Positions 9,375 to 18,993 of a stretch of DNA of 64,000 bases are shown here, in pieces. Below the pieces are notes generated by a model. That model was not told the DNA's origin, ran no database searches, and saw only the letters and a program-made list of their open reading frames with translations. Numbering within the stretch: the first letter of the stretch is position 1; each line of letters starts with the position of its first letter. Made by a program: the position numbers and the translations under genes. Source of the stretch: a bacterium (GTDB taxonomy: Bacteria; Patescibacteriota; Patescibacteriia; Patescibacteriales; XYC2-FULL-47-12); NCBI GenBank assembly GCA_030698385.1, contig JAUYLZ010000033.1, positions 9,905-73,904 on the forward strand, in the 5' to 3' direction.

Positions 9375-9560
9375 ACATTTATAATTAATACCTGTAAATA
9401 GTTTAACACCACATAATTTTTATCGCAAGTAAAAATTGTATAGTATTACTGCAAAAAAAATAATTTTTATCCCCTTGATTTTTACTAAATATCATGCTAT
9501 ACTATAAATAATAAAAGATAAAAAAATCTTTTACCAAAAATAAAACAAAAACAAAAAATA

Positions 9561-10418
9561 ATGTCTTATCTAAAAGGAGTTTTTCTTGTCTTTTTGGCGA
9601 GAAAAAAAATAATTAATAGCCAGTTGTCTCTATTTAAATTTATTTTTATAGGGATTTTTTTATACTCAACTTTTCTGCCAAAAACTGTTCAGGCGAGCGC
9701 TGTGATAACTGAAAATATCTTTGCCAGCATAAATAATGAAAGAAAGAAAATAAGTCTCAATGACTTAACAATCAATCCCTTATTAAATCAGGCGGCCGCT
9801 CAGAAAGCTCATGATATTTTATCTCAAGAACGCTTCGCTCATAACTTCCCAGATATGAAATTCTCCGACTGGGTAAAAGAAACTGGTTATGAATATTCAG
9901 TAGTCGGAGAAAATTTGGCTATAAATTTTACTAACAACGACACCTTGTTTAACGCCTGGCTTTCTTCCCCGTCACACAAAAAAAACATTATACATCCTGA
10001 TTTTAATGAAGTTGGTTTGGCAGTAGTTGAAGGCAGTTGGTTTAATAATAATACTTCCGTAGTGGTGGCAATATTCGCAAGTCCAAAAATAGTAACCGCC
10101 TTAGAACAAACTGTTCCAACTACATTAGCAAGCAAACATAGGAGTTACTCTCCCCCGCTGCTGACATCCAACTTAGCTGAAAATTACTATTCTCATATTA
10201 ACTCAAATACTATCGAATTGGAATTTGCCGGCGCCAACCCAATCGTGCTTTCTGAAGTAGAAAAAAATAATACTGCCACAACATTTTATTTTGTTATGGC
10301 AGCCAAGGTCATGTTAATTTTTATGTTCTCAATGCTGATGCTTATGTCTATACTATATTACAGTTATTACTTTTCAAAACTAAACAAAAAAATACAACTG
10401 TTAAATAATCATCCATAA
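9561..10418 (+). CDS. membrane-anchored CAP/SCP (YkwD-like) domain protein
   Basis: 285 aa. N-terminal TM/signal. The SCP-like block (AHDILSQERFAHNF...GENLAINFTNNDTLFNAWLSSPSHKKNIIHPDFNEVGLAVVEG) is followed by a C-terminal hydrophobic anchor. Confidence 0.7.
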   Translation: MSYLKGVFLVFLARKKIINSQLSLFKFIFIGIFLYSTFLPKTVQASAVITENIFASINNERKKISLNDLTINPLLNQAAAQKAHDILSQERFAHNFPDMKFSDWVKETGYEYSVVGENLAINFTNNDTLFNAWLSSPSHKKNIIHPDFNEVGLAVVEGSWFNNNTSVVVAIFASPKIVTALEQTVPTTLASKHRSYSPPLLTSNLAENYYSHINSNTIELEFAGANPIVLSEVEKNNTATTFYFVMAAKVMLIFMFSMLMLMSILYYSYYFSKLNKKIQLLNNHP

Positions 10419-11213
10419 GAGCGCTATCATCACCGCTAACGTTATTCTATAATAAGCGAAAATATTTAATGAATAGTTCTTTACATAAATAATAAAATAC
10501 TTAATTACATAATAACCGACAATATATGAAATGCTAAAACCAAACAATAAAATAAATAGATCGCTCTTATCAGAAATCGCGGCCAGCAAAGCCGGGATTT
10601 TTTTTATATTTGCGCCCAGAATAATCGGCGCTGAAATTAAAAATGAAAAACGAACAGCAGCCTCCCTGTTTAAATTCGCCGCCATTCCTGCTATAATAGT
10701 TACACCGGAACGTGATGTCCCGGGAAAAAAAGCCAATACCTGAGCACAGCCAATGAGCAGAGCTTTTTTCCAATTCATACTCTTTAACTGGATTGATTGC
10801 TTTGAGATCTTTTCAACAACAATAAAAAAAATCGCTATGACAATCAGCATGATAGCAACCACAATGGTTGAGCGTAATTTTTCTTCGATAAAGTCATCAA
10901 ACAAGTACCCCATGATGGCGGCGGGAATTGTAGCCAACACAATATACCAGCCCAATTTGGCGTTTACATCCGGCTCCTTTTTTCCCAGGCTACGCAGCCA
11001 TGACAATGTTATTTCCCGTATATCCCCAAAGAAAAAAATAATAACGGCCAAAAGCGTTCCGGCATGAAGCATGACATCAAACGCCGCGTCGTTAATTGGC
11101 AACGGCGGCAAAATGCTATGCAAAAAAATCAAATGACCCGATGATGAAATTGGTAAAAATTCAGTAAGACCCTGAATAAAACTTAATATAAAAACGCTAA
11201 AATATATAATCAT
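10401..11213 (-). CDS. uppP: undecaprenyl-diphosphatase UppP/BacA
   Basis: 270 aa. QGLTEFLPISSSGHL motif and 8 TM segments typical of BacA. Confidence 0.9.
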   Translation of the reverse strand: MIIYFSVFILSFIQGLTEFLPISSSGHLIFLHSILPPLPINDAAFDVMLHAGTLLAVIIFFFGDIREITLSWLRSLGKKEPDVNAKLGWYIVLATIPAAIMGYLFDDFIEEKLRSTIVVAIMLIVIAIFFIVVEKISKQSIQLKSMNWKKALLIGCAQVLAFFPGTSRSGVTIIAGMAANLNREAAVRFSFLISAPIILGANIKKIPALLAAISDKSDLFILLFGFSISYIVGYYVIKYFIIYVKNYSLNIFAYYRITLAVMIALLWMII

Positions 11214-11224
11214 ATTTTAAATCT

Positions 11225-11662
11225 ATGTATATAATAATTATCTTGCCTCTCACGGCTACTTTTTTAGCTCAGGCTTTAAAATTTTTTATAAAATCAAATC
11301 AGAAAAAGTTTAATCTGCGAAGCGCTTTTTCATATTCTGGCATGCCGTCCGGCCATAGTGCGCTGGTTATTTCACTAGCGGTTATTATGGGGCTTGAAAC
11401 TGGCTGGGATTCGCCGCTGTTTAGTTTTACGGCAATTTATGCTTTTTTAGTTATTCGTGACGCGCTTGGCTTGCGGCGCTTTATTGGGCGTCACAGCACA
11501 ATTATAAATAAATTGGTTAAAGACCTTGGTGATGATGATGTCTTGGAAGAAAATTACCCAAAATTAATTGAAAATATCGGCCACACTATCCCGCAAGTTG
11601 TTGTCGGCGGATTAATTGGAGCAGTTGTCAGCATCGTTGGCTATTACTATTTTAACATTTAA
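11225..11662 (+). CDS. divergent PAP2 family membrane protein (DUF212/YuiD-like)
   Basis: 145 aa. GMPSGHSA motif characteristic of divergent PAP2/acid-phosphatase-related proteins. Divergently transcribed, 11 bp from uppP. Confidence 0.7.
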   Translation: MYIIIILPLTATFLAQALKFFIKSNQKKFNLRSAFSYSGMPSGHSALVISLAVIMGLETGWDSPLFSFTAIYAFLVIRDALGLRRFIGRHSTIINKLVKDLGDDDVLEENYPKLIENIGHTIPQVVVGGLIGAVVSIVGYYYFNI

Positions 11663-11707
11663 ACTTGTGTTTATCAATTAAAAAAAGAGGTTCAATACCT
11701 CTTTTTT

Positions 11708-13306
11708 TTAAATCAACGACCTGCCGGTCATTTCCGGAGGTTTTTTTATATTCATTATTTTGAGAATCGTTGGCGCTACATCCGCCAGAATTCCCTGCGG
11801 TTTTAAAATACTCAAATCCGCGCCACTGATATCCGCTCGGCTTAATTTTTGCCCTTCCAAACTTTTATTTATTATTAACAAAGGAACAGGGTTAGTGCTA
11901 TGTTCTTTGGTGATTGATCCGGTCTGCATATTAAACATCTCCTCGGCGTTTCCATGATCGGCGGTTACAAGCATGGCGCCATCTTTGGCAATAATAATAC
12001 GAGTTAAATCACCAAGAATTTTGTCTAAAAAATTAATACCTTTTATCGTCGCGTCCATATCCCCCGTGTGACCAACCATGTCAGCATTGGCAAAATTAAC
12101 CAAAATAAAATCATATTTATCGTTGCTTAGCGCTTTTTTCAATGCCAAAAAAATTTCTGGCGCTGACATTTTCGGCTCATCGGCATATGACTCAACATTC
12201 ACAGAGGGAATGACTACCCTTTCTTCTCCAAGCATGGCTTCCTCAGCTCCGCCATTAAAAAAATAAGTTACGTGAGCGTATTTCTCAGTTTCGGCAATTC
12301 TTAATTGTTTTAAACCACTATCGGATAGTACTTGGCCCAATGTGTTCTTTATTGTCTCCGGAGGAAATGCGATGTGAACTGGCAGGTTTTTTTCATACTC
12401 TGTCATAGTGACAAAATATAAACTATCAAATTTTTTCATTCGCTCAAACTTATCAAAATCAGGTAAGACAAAAACCTTTGACATCTGACGAGCCCTGTCA
12501 GAGCGAAAATTAAAAAATACGACACTATCTTTATCGTCAATGGTTGCGATTGGCTTGTTGTTATTTGTTATTACTGACGGAACAAACTCTTCATCATAAA
12601 CTTTTTTACTGTAATAGTATTCAATTGCTTCGCCCGGAGTCGCAAAAAACTTATCGCATTTTCCCAAAGCAATGGCATTATATGTTTTTTTGACGCGATC
12701 CCAATGATTATTTCTATCCATTGCGTAAAAACGCCCTGAAAGAGTAGCTATTTTTCCAATTTTGTATTCAACAATTTTTTTCTCTACATCCATAACCAGC
12801 TGACGCCCGCTATTGTAGGGCATATCACGGCCATCTAAAAATAAATGTAAATATACTTGTTTTAATTTATGCTCAGAGGCAAAAGCCAACAGAGCTATTA
12901 AATGTTCAATCGCCGCGTGTATGCCGCCTGTTGATATCAAACCCAGGTAATGCAGCTTTGAATTATTAATCTTTGTATTTTCAATCGCCCCTTTTAAGGC
13001 GGAGTTATCAAAAAAACTATTATCACTGATTGCTTTGTTAATACGAGGCAAATCCTGATAAACTATTCTCCCTGACCCCAAATTCAAATGGCCAACCTCG
13101 CTATTACCCATAGCTCCCCAAGGCACCCCAGCCGCTTCACCAGCGGCGCTTAATATTGTGGCCGGATAGCGCGCTATTAAAGATTCATAATTCGGCAATT
13201 TTGTCTGAGAAATGGCATTACCTGAGTAAAATGGGGCTATCCCCCATCCATCCAAAACAACCAATAATACTGGCTTTGGTCTTTGTTTAAAATTTATATT
13301 TATCAT
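11708..13306 (-). CDS. gpmI: 2,3-bisphosphoglycerate-independent phosphoglycerate mutase
   Basis: 532 aa. LVVLDGWGIAP ... MGNSEVGHLNLGSGR (catalytic Ser) ... ADHGNAE, all iPGM signatures. Confidence 0.9.
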   Translation of the reverse strand: MININFKQRPKPVLLVVLDGWGIAPFYSGNAISQTKLPNYESLIARYPATILSAAGEAAGVPWGAMGNSEVGHLNLGSGRIVYQDLPRINKAISDNSFFDNSALKGAIENTKINNSKLHYLGLISTGGIHAAIEHLIALLAFASEHKLKQVYLHLFLDGRDMPYNSGRQLVMDVEKKIVEYKIGKIATLSGRFYAMDRNNHWDRVKKTYNAIALGKCDKFFATPGEAIEYYYSKKVYDEEFVPSVITNNNKPIATIDDKDSVVFFNFRSDRARQMSKVFVLPDFDKFERMKKFDSLYFVTMTEYEKNLPVHIAFPPETIKNTLGQVLSDSGLKQLRIAETEKYAHVTYFFNGGAEEAMLGEERVVIPSVNVESYADEPKMSAPEIFLALKKALSNDKYDFILVNFANADMVGHTGDMDATIKGINFLDKILGDLTRIIIAKDGAMLVTADHGNAEEMFNMQTGSITKEHSTNPVPLLIINKSLEGQKLSRADISGADLSILKPQGILADVAPTILKIMNIKKPPEMTGRSLI

Positions 13307-13312
13307 TTTTTT

Positions 13313-14899
13313 TTATTTTTTTAATAATGATTTACCAGTCATTTCCGAAGGTTTTTTCATATTCATCAACTGAAGTATGGTGGGGGCAACATCGCCAAGT
13401 ATTCCTTGTTTGCTTAAAACAAATTTTTTTCCTTTTAAATCGCTGTCGTAGAGGATAAATGGTACCGGCATAATTGAGTGTTGAGTGTCAATTTCACCTG
13501 TTTTTTGATTTAACAATCCTTCAGCATTGCCGTGATCAGCCGTAATAATAACGCGATAGTCAGCGCCGGCTTGTGCAATGATTTTACCAATACATAAATC
13601 CGTGATCTCACAGGCCTTAATGGTTGCTTTTAGATTTCCAGTGTGAGCAATCATATCGGGAGCGGCAAAATTAAGCGCGGCAAAATCAAATGACTTTTTT
13701 TTCATCATCTTAATAATCGTACTCGCGACTTTGAATGAACTCATCGCCGGCGCTTCTTCATAATTCTTTTTGTCCGGCGAATTTATGATGACGCGCTTTT
13801 CGCCAGCTACTGTGTCAGCGTAACCACCATTGAGAAAATACGTTACGTGCGCGTATTTCTCGGTCTCGGCTATATACCATTGGCGTAAGTCACGAAACTG
13901 CATAGGTAGTGTTTCTTTAACATCAATACTCGGATAGGCGGTAAAAATACTATCCAAATCCGGCCCAAAATCAGTCATCGCGACATAATTAAGATTATTA
14001 ATGACATTCTTGCGGTGAAATGAACCCGGATTCATTTTTTCAAAATCTTTTTGCACAAACGCCTTAGTAATTTGCCGAGCGCGGTCTGATCTTAGGTTAA
14101 AAAATATTACCGAATCATTATCTTGGATATGAGTTAAACGCTTGCCTTTTTCAAATATCACATAAGGCTCCATAAATTCATCGGTGTTGTTGTGATTGTA
14201 ACTCTGGGTAATAGCGTCAACAACTGACTCAGCTTTGTGCCAAGTGCATTGATCACAGGTCAAAACATCATAAGCCTGTTCGGTTATTGGCCAATTTTTC
14301 TTTCTGTCCATTGCATAATACCGGCCCATGACAGTCGCTATTTTCACGTTTGAACCCAAATAAGGTGTCAGGTCTTTGATTAATTTAAGAGCGGCATGTT
14401 GCGGTGAATCACGGCCATCAGTGAATAAATGTAAATAAACATTTTTTAAATTATTCATTCTAGTCATCTCCAGCAGAGCTTTTAGATGGTCAGGATCGCT
14501 GTGAGCGCTCATTCCGTTTGATAACAGCCCCATGATGTGCAGAGTTGACTTATTTTTTTTGACATGTCTAATTGACTGTAAAAAGGCGGGATTTTTAAAA
14601 AAAGTCCCATCCTTAATGGTCTTCGTTATTCTAATCGTATCCTGATCAACCACGCGGCCGGCGCCAATATTCATGTGGCCTGCTTCTGAATTCCCTTCTT
14701 GCAGATCTGTCAATCCCACGCATTTACCATGCGCGCATAGTTGCGCGTTAGGGTATTCCTTCTGCAAACCGTCCATAACTGGCGTATTAGCCAGCGCAAT
14801 CGCATTGCCTTCGCTAGGCGGCGCAATCCCCCAGCCGTCAATAATTACCAAAACAAGCGGTTTTGTTGTAAACTCTTTTTTTGTTTTTTTTGTGGGCAT
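13313..14899 (-). CDS. gpmI: 2,3-bisphosphoglycerate-independent phosphoglycerate mutase, divergent tandem paralog
   Basis: 528 aa. LVIIDGWGIAP ... EGNSEAGHMNIGAGR ... ADHGNAE. Roughly 40% identical to its neighbour. Confidence 0.85.
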   Translation of the reverse strand: MPTKKTKKEFTTKPLVLVIIDGWGIAPPSEGNAIALANTPVMDGLQKEYPNAQLCAHGKCVGLTDLQEGNSEAGHMNIGAGRVVDQDTIRITKTIKDGTFFKNPAFLQSIRHVKKNKSTLHIMGLLSNGMSAHSDPDHLKALLEMTRMNNLKNVYLHLFTDGRDSPQHAALKLIKDLTPYLGSNVKIATVMGRYYAMDRKKNWPITEQAYDVLTCDQCTWHKAESVVDAITQSYNHNNTDEFMEPYVIFEKGKRLTHIQDNDSVIFFNLRSDRARQITKAFVQKDFEKMNPGSFHRKNVINNLNYVAMTDFGPDLDSIFTAYPSIDVKETLPMQFRDLRQWYIAETEKYAHVTYFLNGGYADTVAGEKRVIINSPDKKNYEEAPAMSSFKVASTIIKMMKKKSFDFAALNFAAPDMIAHTGNLKATIKACEITDLCIGKIIAQAGADYRVIITADHGNAEGLLNQKTGEIDTQHSIMPVPFILYDSDLKGKKFVLSKQGILGDVAPTILQLMNMKKPSEMTGKSLLKK

Positions 14900-14915
14900 A
14901 ACTATTATTGTTACT

Positions 14916-15311
14916 TTAAAATAAAGCTCTATTCTTTAAAAGATAGACTGAACCTGTGGCCCAAACACCATAAAGAATAAATTTTTCAACTATAGCATAT
15001 ACCTCATAAACATGGAACAACCCTACAATATCTATGAATGTTGTCGCTGAAAAAAATATTCCGGGTATAGCTGTTAACCATAAAGCCCATTTTTGACGAA
15101 ATAATAAACCTATACCACATACCACAGCGTATACTACCGACTGAATCATTGATAGCCGCACCAATAACACTTCTGTGCTCACATAACCTGTTGTGAGTTG
15201 GCCCTTTTCAGGTAGTAAAAAAGTTACTATAAGACCTAGTGTTGGAAAAATAGCATACAGCAGTATAATGATAGCAAAAATTTTAACAAATGTAGCGTGC
15301 TTTGTACCCAT
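14916..15311 (-). CDS. hypothetical membrane protein (4 TM)
   Basis: 131 aa hydrophobic ORF with no recognisable motifs. Lies inside a segment bounded by 70-bp direct repeats. Confidence 0.5.
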   Translation of the reverse strand: MGTKHATFVKIFAIIILLYAIFPTLGLIVTFLLPEKGQLTTGYVSTEVLLVRLSMIQSVVYAVVCGIGLLFRQKWALWLTAIPGIFFSATTFIDIVGLFHVYEVYAIVEKFILYGVWATGSVYLLKNRALF

Positions 15312-15349
15312 ATTATTGTAAGTATAATAACTTAGTGTTGGTTATCAAT

Positions 15350-15514
15350 ATCTACGGCAATCGCTTCTTGTTCTCCACCTGCTGCAAATAGTTGCCCTTC
15401 GTTGAGACTTTCTTGTCGCTCTTTTTCTCCAAATCAGCCCGTGCCCAGCCGTCAATAATTACCAAAACAAGCGGTTTTGTTGTAAACTCTTTTTTTGGTT
15501 TTTTGGTGGTCATA
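15350..15514 (-). pseudogene. 5' remnant of an iPGM gene (first ~23 codons)
   Basis: 15444-15513 is ~90% identical to 14830-14899 (the start of the 13313..14899 iPGM gene). It encodes MTTKKPKKEFTTKPLVLVIIDGW, then diverges and stops after ~54 codons. Confidence 0.55.
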
Positions 15515-15521
15515 AGTATAT

Positions 15522-16598
15522 TTACACAGCTTGATAGTGCTTAGATTTTTCAAGCAAAAAATTTTTTAACGTATCAGCGCCGTCTCGCTGTAGCCCAATA
15601 ATTACAATAGACCGCTTCTCTGAACGCTCTGCCGCTGTTTCAATCGCTACGCGGTATAGGCGAAATAATCTATCAACAACGCCTTGGGTAACGTTAACAT
15701 TTTGAATTCTGTTGTAGTATACAAACGTATCGCTGCTCGCTATTACTTTGCTGGAAATAGTGCCCTTTTCACTATCAAAGGTAAATTTAAAATTGTGGTA
15801 CCATATATAGGTATATATAAACACACTAGCCGCGATAATTAACGGCACACCCAAAACCACCGGCAATGCTAATACGGTTGACTGCCACCTTTGACTCTCG
15901 TCAGCAAACAATAAAAACATAAATAATCCCAAAACTGTTACTGCCGTCCGCTCAAACGTCAAAAGAAAAATAATTTTTTGAGACATCGATACCGTATCAC
16001 GAGTTAACATCTTTGTGTTGTTATTCTTTATCTCTTTTGAGGATTGTTTCTGGCTACTCTTAGTGGTATGCTGTACATTTTTTAAACTTTTGCCGGTAAC
16101 CTGCTCATTTAAAAACGCAACGAGTTTATCAGCGTTCTCCCTGTTTAACCCGTCTACGTGAGAATAGAATCCTGACTTCTCGCCGGCAGTTTCGTAATGA
16201 ACATCATACAAACCGAATATACGATCTAAGATATCCTGGTCAACAAAAATATTCTGTATTCTACTGTACTGCACATGTCCTGTCGCACGTGATATAACAC
16301 CTTTGCTAATTTCAGCTTTCTCTGACTCAAAATTGTAATAGTAATACTTGTAGTATAAGTACTGATAGAACCACCCACCGAAAAAAATAAGCACAGATGG
16401 TGTAATAATGACGAAGAAAAGGTAAAAATATAAATCGATGCCTAGCTTCTGACCCGCGTCACCGATAAGATACTCTACAAAAAAAATAAATGGCAAGAGA
16501 ATAAATAATGAACCAGCCAGAGGGTACACTACCCATGAACTCAAAGTTTTCTTAATAATCTTACGCTTGCTTAAGGGTAAATTTTGTGAGTTATACAT
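15522..16598 (-). CDS. YdbT-like membrane protein with two bacterial PH (bPH_2/DUF304) domains
   Basis: 358 aa. Two repeats, each with a hydrophobic hairpin followed by ...ISKGVISRATGHVQYSRIQNIFVDQDILDRIFGLYDV... and ...ISSKVIASSDTFVYYNRIQNVNVTQGVVDRLFRLYRV... (bPH_2 pattern). Confidence 0.65.
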   Translation of the reverse strand: MYNSQNLPLSKRKIIKKTLSSWVVYPLAGSLFILLPFIFFVEYLIGDAGQKLGIDLYFYLFFVIITPSVLIFFGGWFYQYLYYKYYYYNFESEKAEISKGVISRATGHVQYSRIQNIFVDQDILDRIFGLYDVHYETAGEKSGFYSHVDGLNRENADKLVAFLNEQVTGKSLKNVQHTTKSSQKQSSKEIKNNNTKMLTRDTVSMSQKIIFLLTFERTAVTVLGLFMFLLFADESQRWQSTVLALPVVLGVPLIIAASVFIYTYIWYHNFKFTFDSEKGTISSKVIASSDTFVYYNRIQNVNVTQGVVDRLFRLYRVAIETAAERSEKRSIVIIGLQRDGADTLKNFLLEKSKHYQAV

Positions 16599-16626
16599 AG
16601 TAGTCTTTAGTAATTTACAATTTTAT

Positions 16627-17907
16627 CTACCCGTAAACCTCCCGTTCAATCTCCATCAAACGGTTATACTTGCACACCCGCTCACCGCGCGATAATGAGC
16701 CGAATTTTACATAATCAGCTCCCACAGCAACAGCCAAATCGGCAATAAACTCATCGGTTGTCTCTCCACTGCGATGAGAAACAAATATTTTATAATTATT
16801 TTTTTGCGCGAGCTTCACACAGTCTATAGTTTCGCTGAGTGTTCCAATTTGGTTGGGTTTTATCAAGATCGTATTAGCCACTTTCTTTTTTATGCCCATT
16901 TCCAATCTTTTGATATTGGTTGTGAACAAATCATCGCCAACAATCATTATTTCTTTTCCCAATTGCGCGGTCAATTCACGCCAGCCTTCCCAGTCATCCT
17001 GCGATAACCCGTCTTCAATGGAAACAACATTGAACTTTTTTAACCAGTCATTATACAAATCAATAAGCGTAATATTTAAAAAACTTGCTTGATCAAGCTT
17101 AAAAATATATTTTTTTGTATTAATATCATAGAGTTCGGATGAACCCACGTCAATTCCTATGCCAATATCTCTGCCAACTTTGTAGCCGGCCCTGACTGTC
17201 GCGGCCAAAATAAATTCCATCGCCTGAACCGAGGAATAAATATCAGGCGCGTACCCACCCTCGTTTCCCACATCAGTATCAAACCCGTCTTCTTTTAACA
17301 CATCTCCGAGTTCATGAAAAATTTCCGATCCCATTCTTATTTTTTCCGCGATATCTCCTGGTTTTATATTTTTTTGCAAAGGAACTAACATAAATTCCTG
17401 AAAATCCAAATTTGTATCAGCGTGCTTGCCGCCGTTAAAAATATTAAAACACGGTATCGGCAGTTTAGCGTGTCCTTTGTCAAAACCGTAAGTATCCTCT
17501 AGATAAATAAATAATTCTTTTTTTTCAGCAACTGCCGCCGCCCGAGCGCATGACAAAGACACGGCCAAAATCGCGTTCGCGCCCAGCTTTTCTTTGTTTT
17601 CCGTGCCGTCTAATTTTATCAACTCATCATCGATAAATTTCTGTCTTTCAACATCAACATTATTTAATTTCGGCGCAATAATATCGTTAATATTTTTCAC
17701 TGCCTTGGTAACTCCCAAACCTCGGTATCTGTCTTTATCATTGTCACGCAATTCACATGCTTCATGAACTCCGGTTGAAGCGCCGGCGGGAACTGAAGCT
17801 TTGGCGCTGATTCCGTTTTCAAGAGTTACCAAAGATTCAATGGTTGGATTGCCGCGCGAGTCCAAAATTTCGCGGGCGGTTATTGTTTTTATAGTATGAG
17901 AAGACAT
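16627..17907 (-). CDS. eno: enolase
   Basis: 426 aa. ILDSRGNPTIE, SVPAGASTGVHEA and IKPNQIGTLSET enolase signatures. Confidence 0.95.
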   Translation of the reverse strand: MSSHTIKTITAREILDSRGNPTIESLVTLENGISAKASVPAGASTGVHEACELRDNDKDRYRGLGVTKAVKNINDIIAPKLNNVDVERQKFIDDELIKLDGTENKEKLGANAILAVSLSCARAAAVAEKKELFIYLEDTYGFDKGHAKLPIPCFNIFNGGKHADTNLDFQEFMLVPLQKNIKPGDIAEKIRMGSEIFHELGDVLKEDGFDTDVGNEGGYAPDIYSSVQAMEFILAATVRAGYKVGRDIGIGIDVGSSELYDINTKKYIFKLDQASFLNITLIDLYNDWLKKFNVVSIEDGLSQDDWEGWRELTAQLGKEIMIVGDDLFTTNIKRLEMGIKKKVANTILIKPNQIGTLSETIDCVKLAQKNNYKIFVSHRSGETTDEFIADLAVAVGADYVKFGSLSRGERVCKYNRLMEIEREVYG

Positions 17908-17919
17908 AACATAACTTAA

Positions 17920-18327
17920 TTATAAAAAAAATGTAATTGTATACACCACCGCACTTATCGTAGCTAGCAACAACATTACCTTGGAAACAGAAACTATACG
18001 CGATCTCCTGACTTGTAATTGATCTCTTAGAAACCATACTGCAACGATAACAGCAACAACCAACGCACAGAATGCTAATAGTATTAAAAACCAAAAAAAA
18101 GCAGCTATACACCATGTGTCACCCGGACCCGTCACCCGACATCCTAACGAACCGCGTACCGAGTTCTTTATGAAATCGCTTATGAATTCAGGGAACCATA
18201 GGTGTTCAGTAAAAAGTAATACAATGAACACGGGAATAAATGTCAGCGTGACATACATTATAAACAAAATACTGTTCGTAACATAGATTTTCCAGAGTTT
18301 AACTTGTGGCTTGAATTCTTTATCCAC
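17920..18327 (-). CDS. hypothetical membrane protein
   Basis: 135 aa with 3-4 predicted TM helices and no motif. Confidence 0.45.
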   Translation of the reverse strand: MDKEFKPQVKLWKIYVTNSILFIMYVTLTFIPVFIVLLFTEHLWFPEFISDFIKNSVRGSLGCRVTGPGDTWCIAAFFWFLILLAFCALVVAVIVAVWFLRDQLQVRRSRIVSVSKVMLLLATISAVVYTITFFL

Positions 18328-18453
18328 ACAATTCTTATGAGTAAGTAAATAATACTCAATAAATTTTCCCGGCTTTAAAATTATTTATAATGCCCACAGT
18401 ACTAATTTTATTCTATACCCTATGAAAATTGATATCATACCTATAATGGTTAA

Positions 18454-18984
18454 TTACTTCTTAATAATTTTAATAACATCATCTGCGTTATACTGATTAT
18501 TTCCAACTCCGTCCGGGCCGTATGAACCGACCACGACGGCATCAACACAAGTCATGCCGCCATTGCAGGGCAAGTTTGCCTGCGTAACTCTGTAATCAGT
18601 ATCAAAAAAATACGCATTGCCCCATGGATCTGCATTTACTATTACCATATAAGGTCCGCTCCAATTATCATATGTTCCGTCAGTAGCGGCAATACCAACT
18701 TCCGAATCACTCAAACTGTAAGTACAGCCATCCGCGCAGATTTCATTTGCATTGCCGGAATTTACTTCCTCAACCAATTGATGATTTGGCCATACCAATG
18801 TGTCTATGCCAAGTATGCCAATAGCTAAGGCTATTGAAGATATGTCATTTTGTGCCTTGGCTATTTTGGATTGTCTGCGCGCAACATTGTAATTGGTTAC
18901 CGCGATTAATGATATGATAGTAATAATAGATATTACAATCAGTAGTTCTATCAAAGTAAATCCTTTTTTAGATAACTTTGCCAT
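18454..18984 (-). CDS. type IV pilin (prepilin-type N-terminal cleavage/methylation domain)
   Basis: 176 aa. KKGFTLIELLIVISII class III signal peptide and several Cys in the C-terminal domain. Confidence 0.8.
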   Translation of the reverse strand: MAKLSKKGFTLIELLIVISIITIISLIAVTNYNVARRQSKIAKAQNDISSIALAIGILGIDTLVWPNHQLVEEVNSGNANEICADGCTYSLSDSEVGIAATDGTYDNWSGPYMVIVNADPWGNAYFFDTDYRVTQANLPCNGGMTCVDAVVVGSYGPDGVGNNQYNADDVIKIIKK

Positions 18985-18993
18985 ATAGATAAA

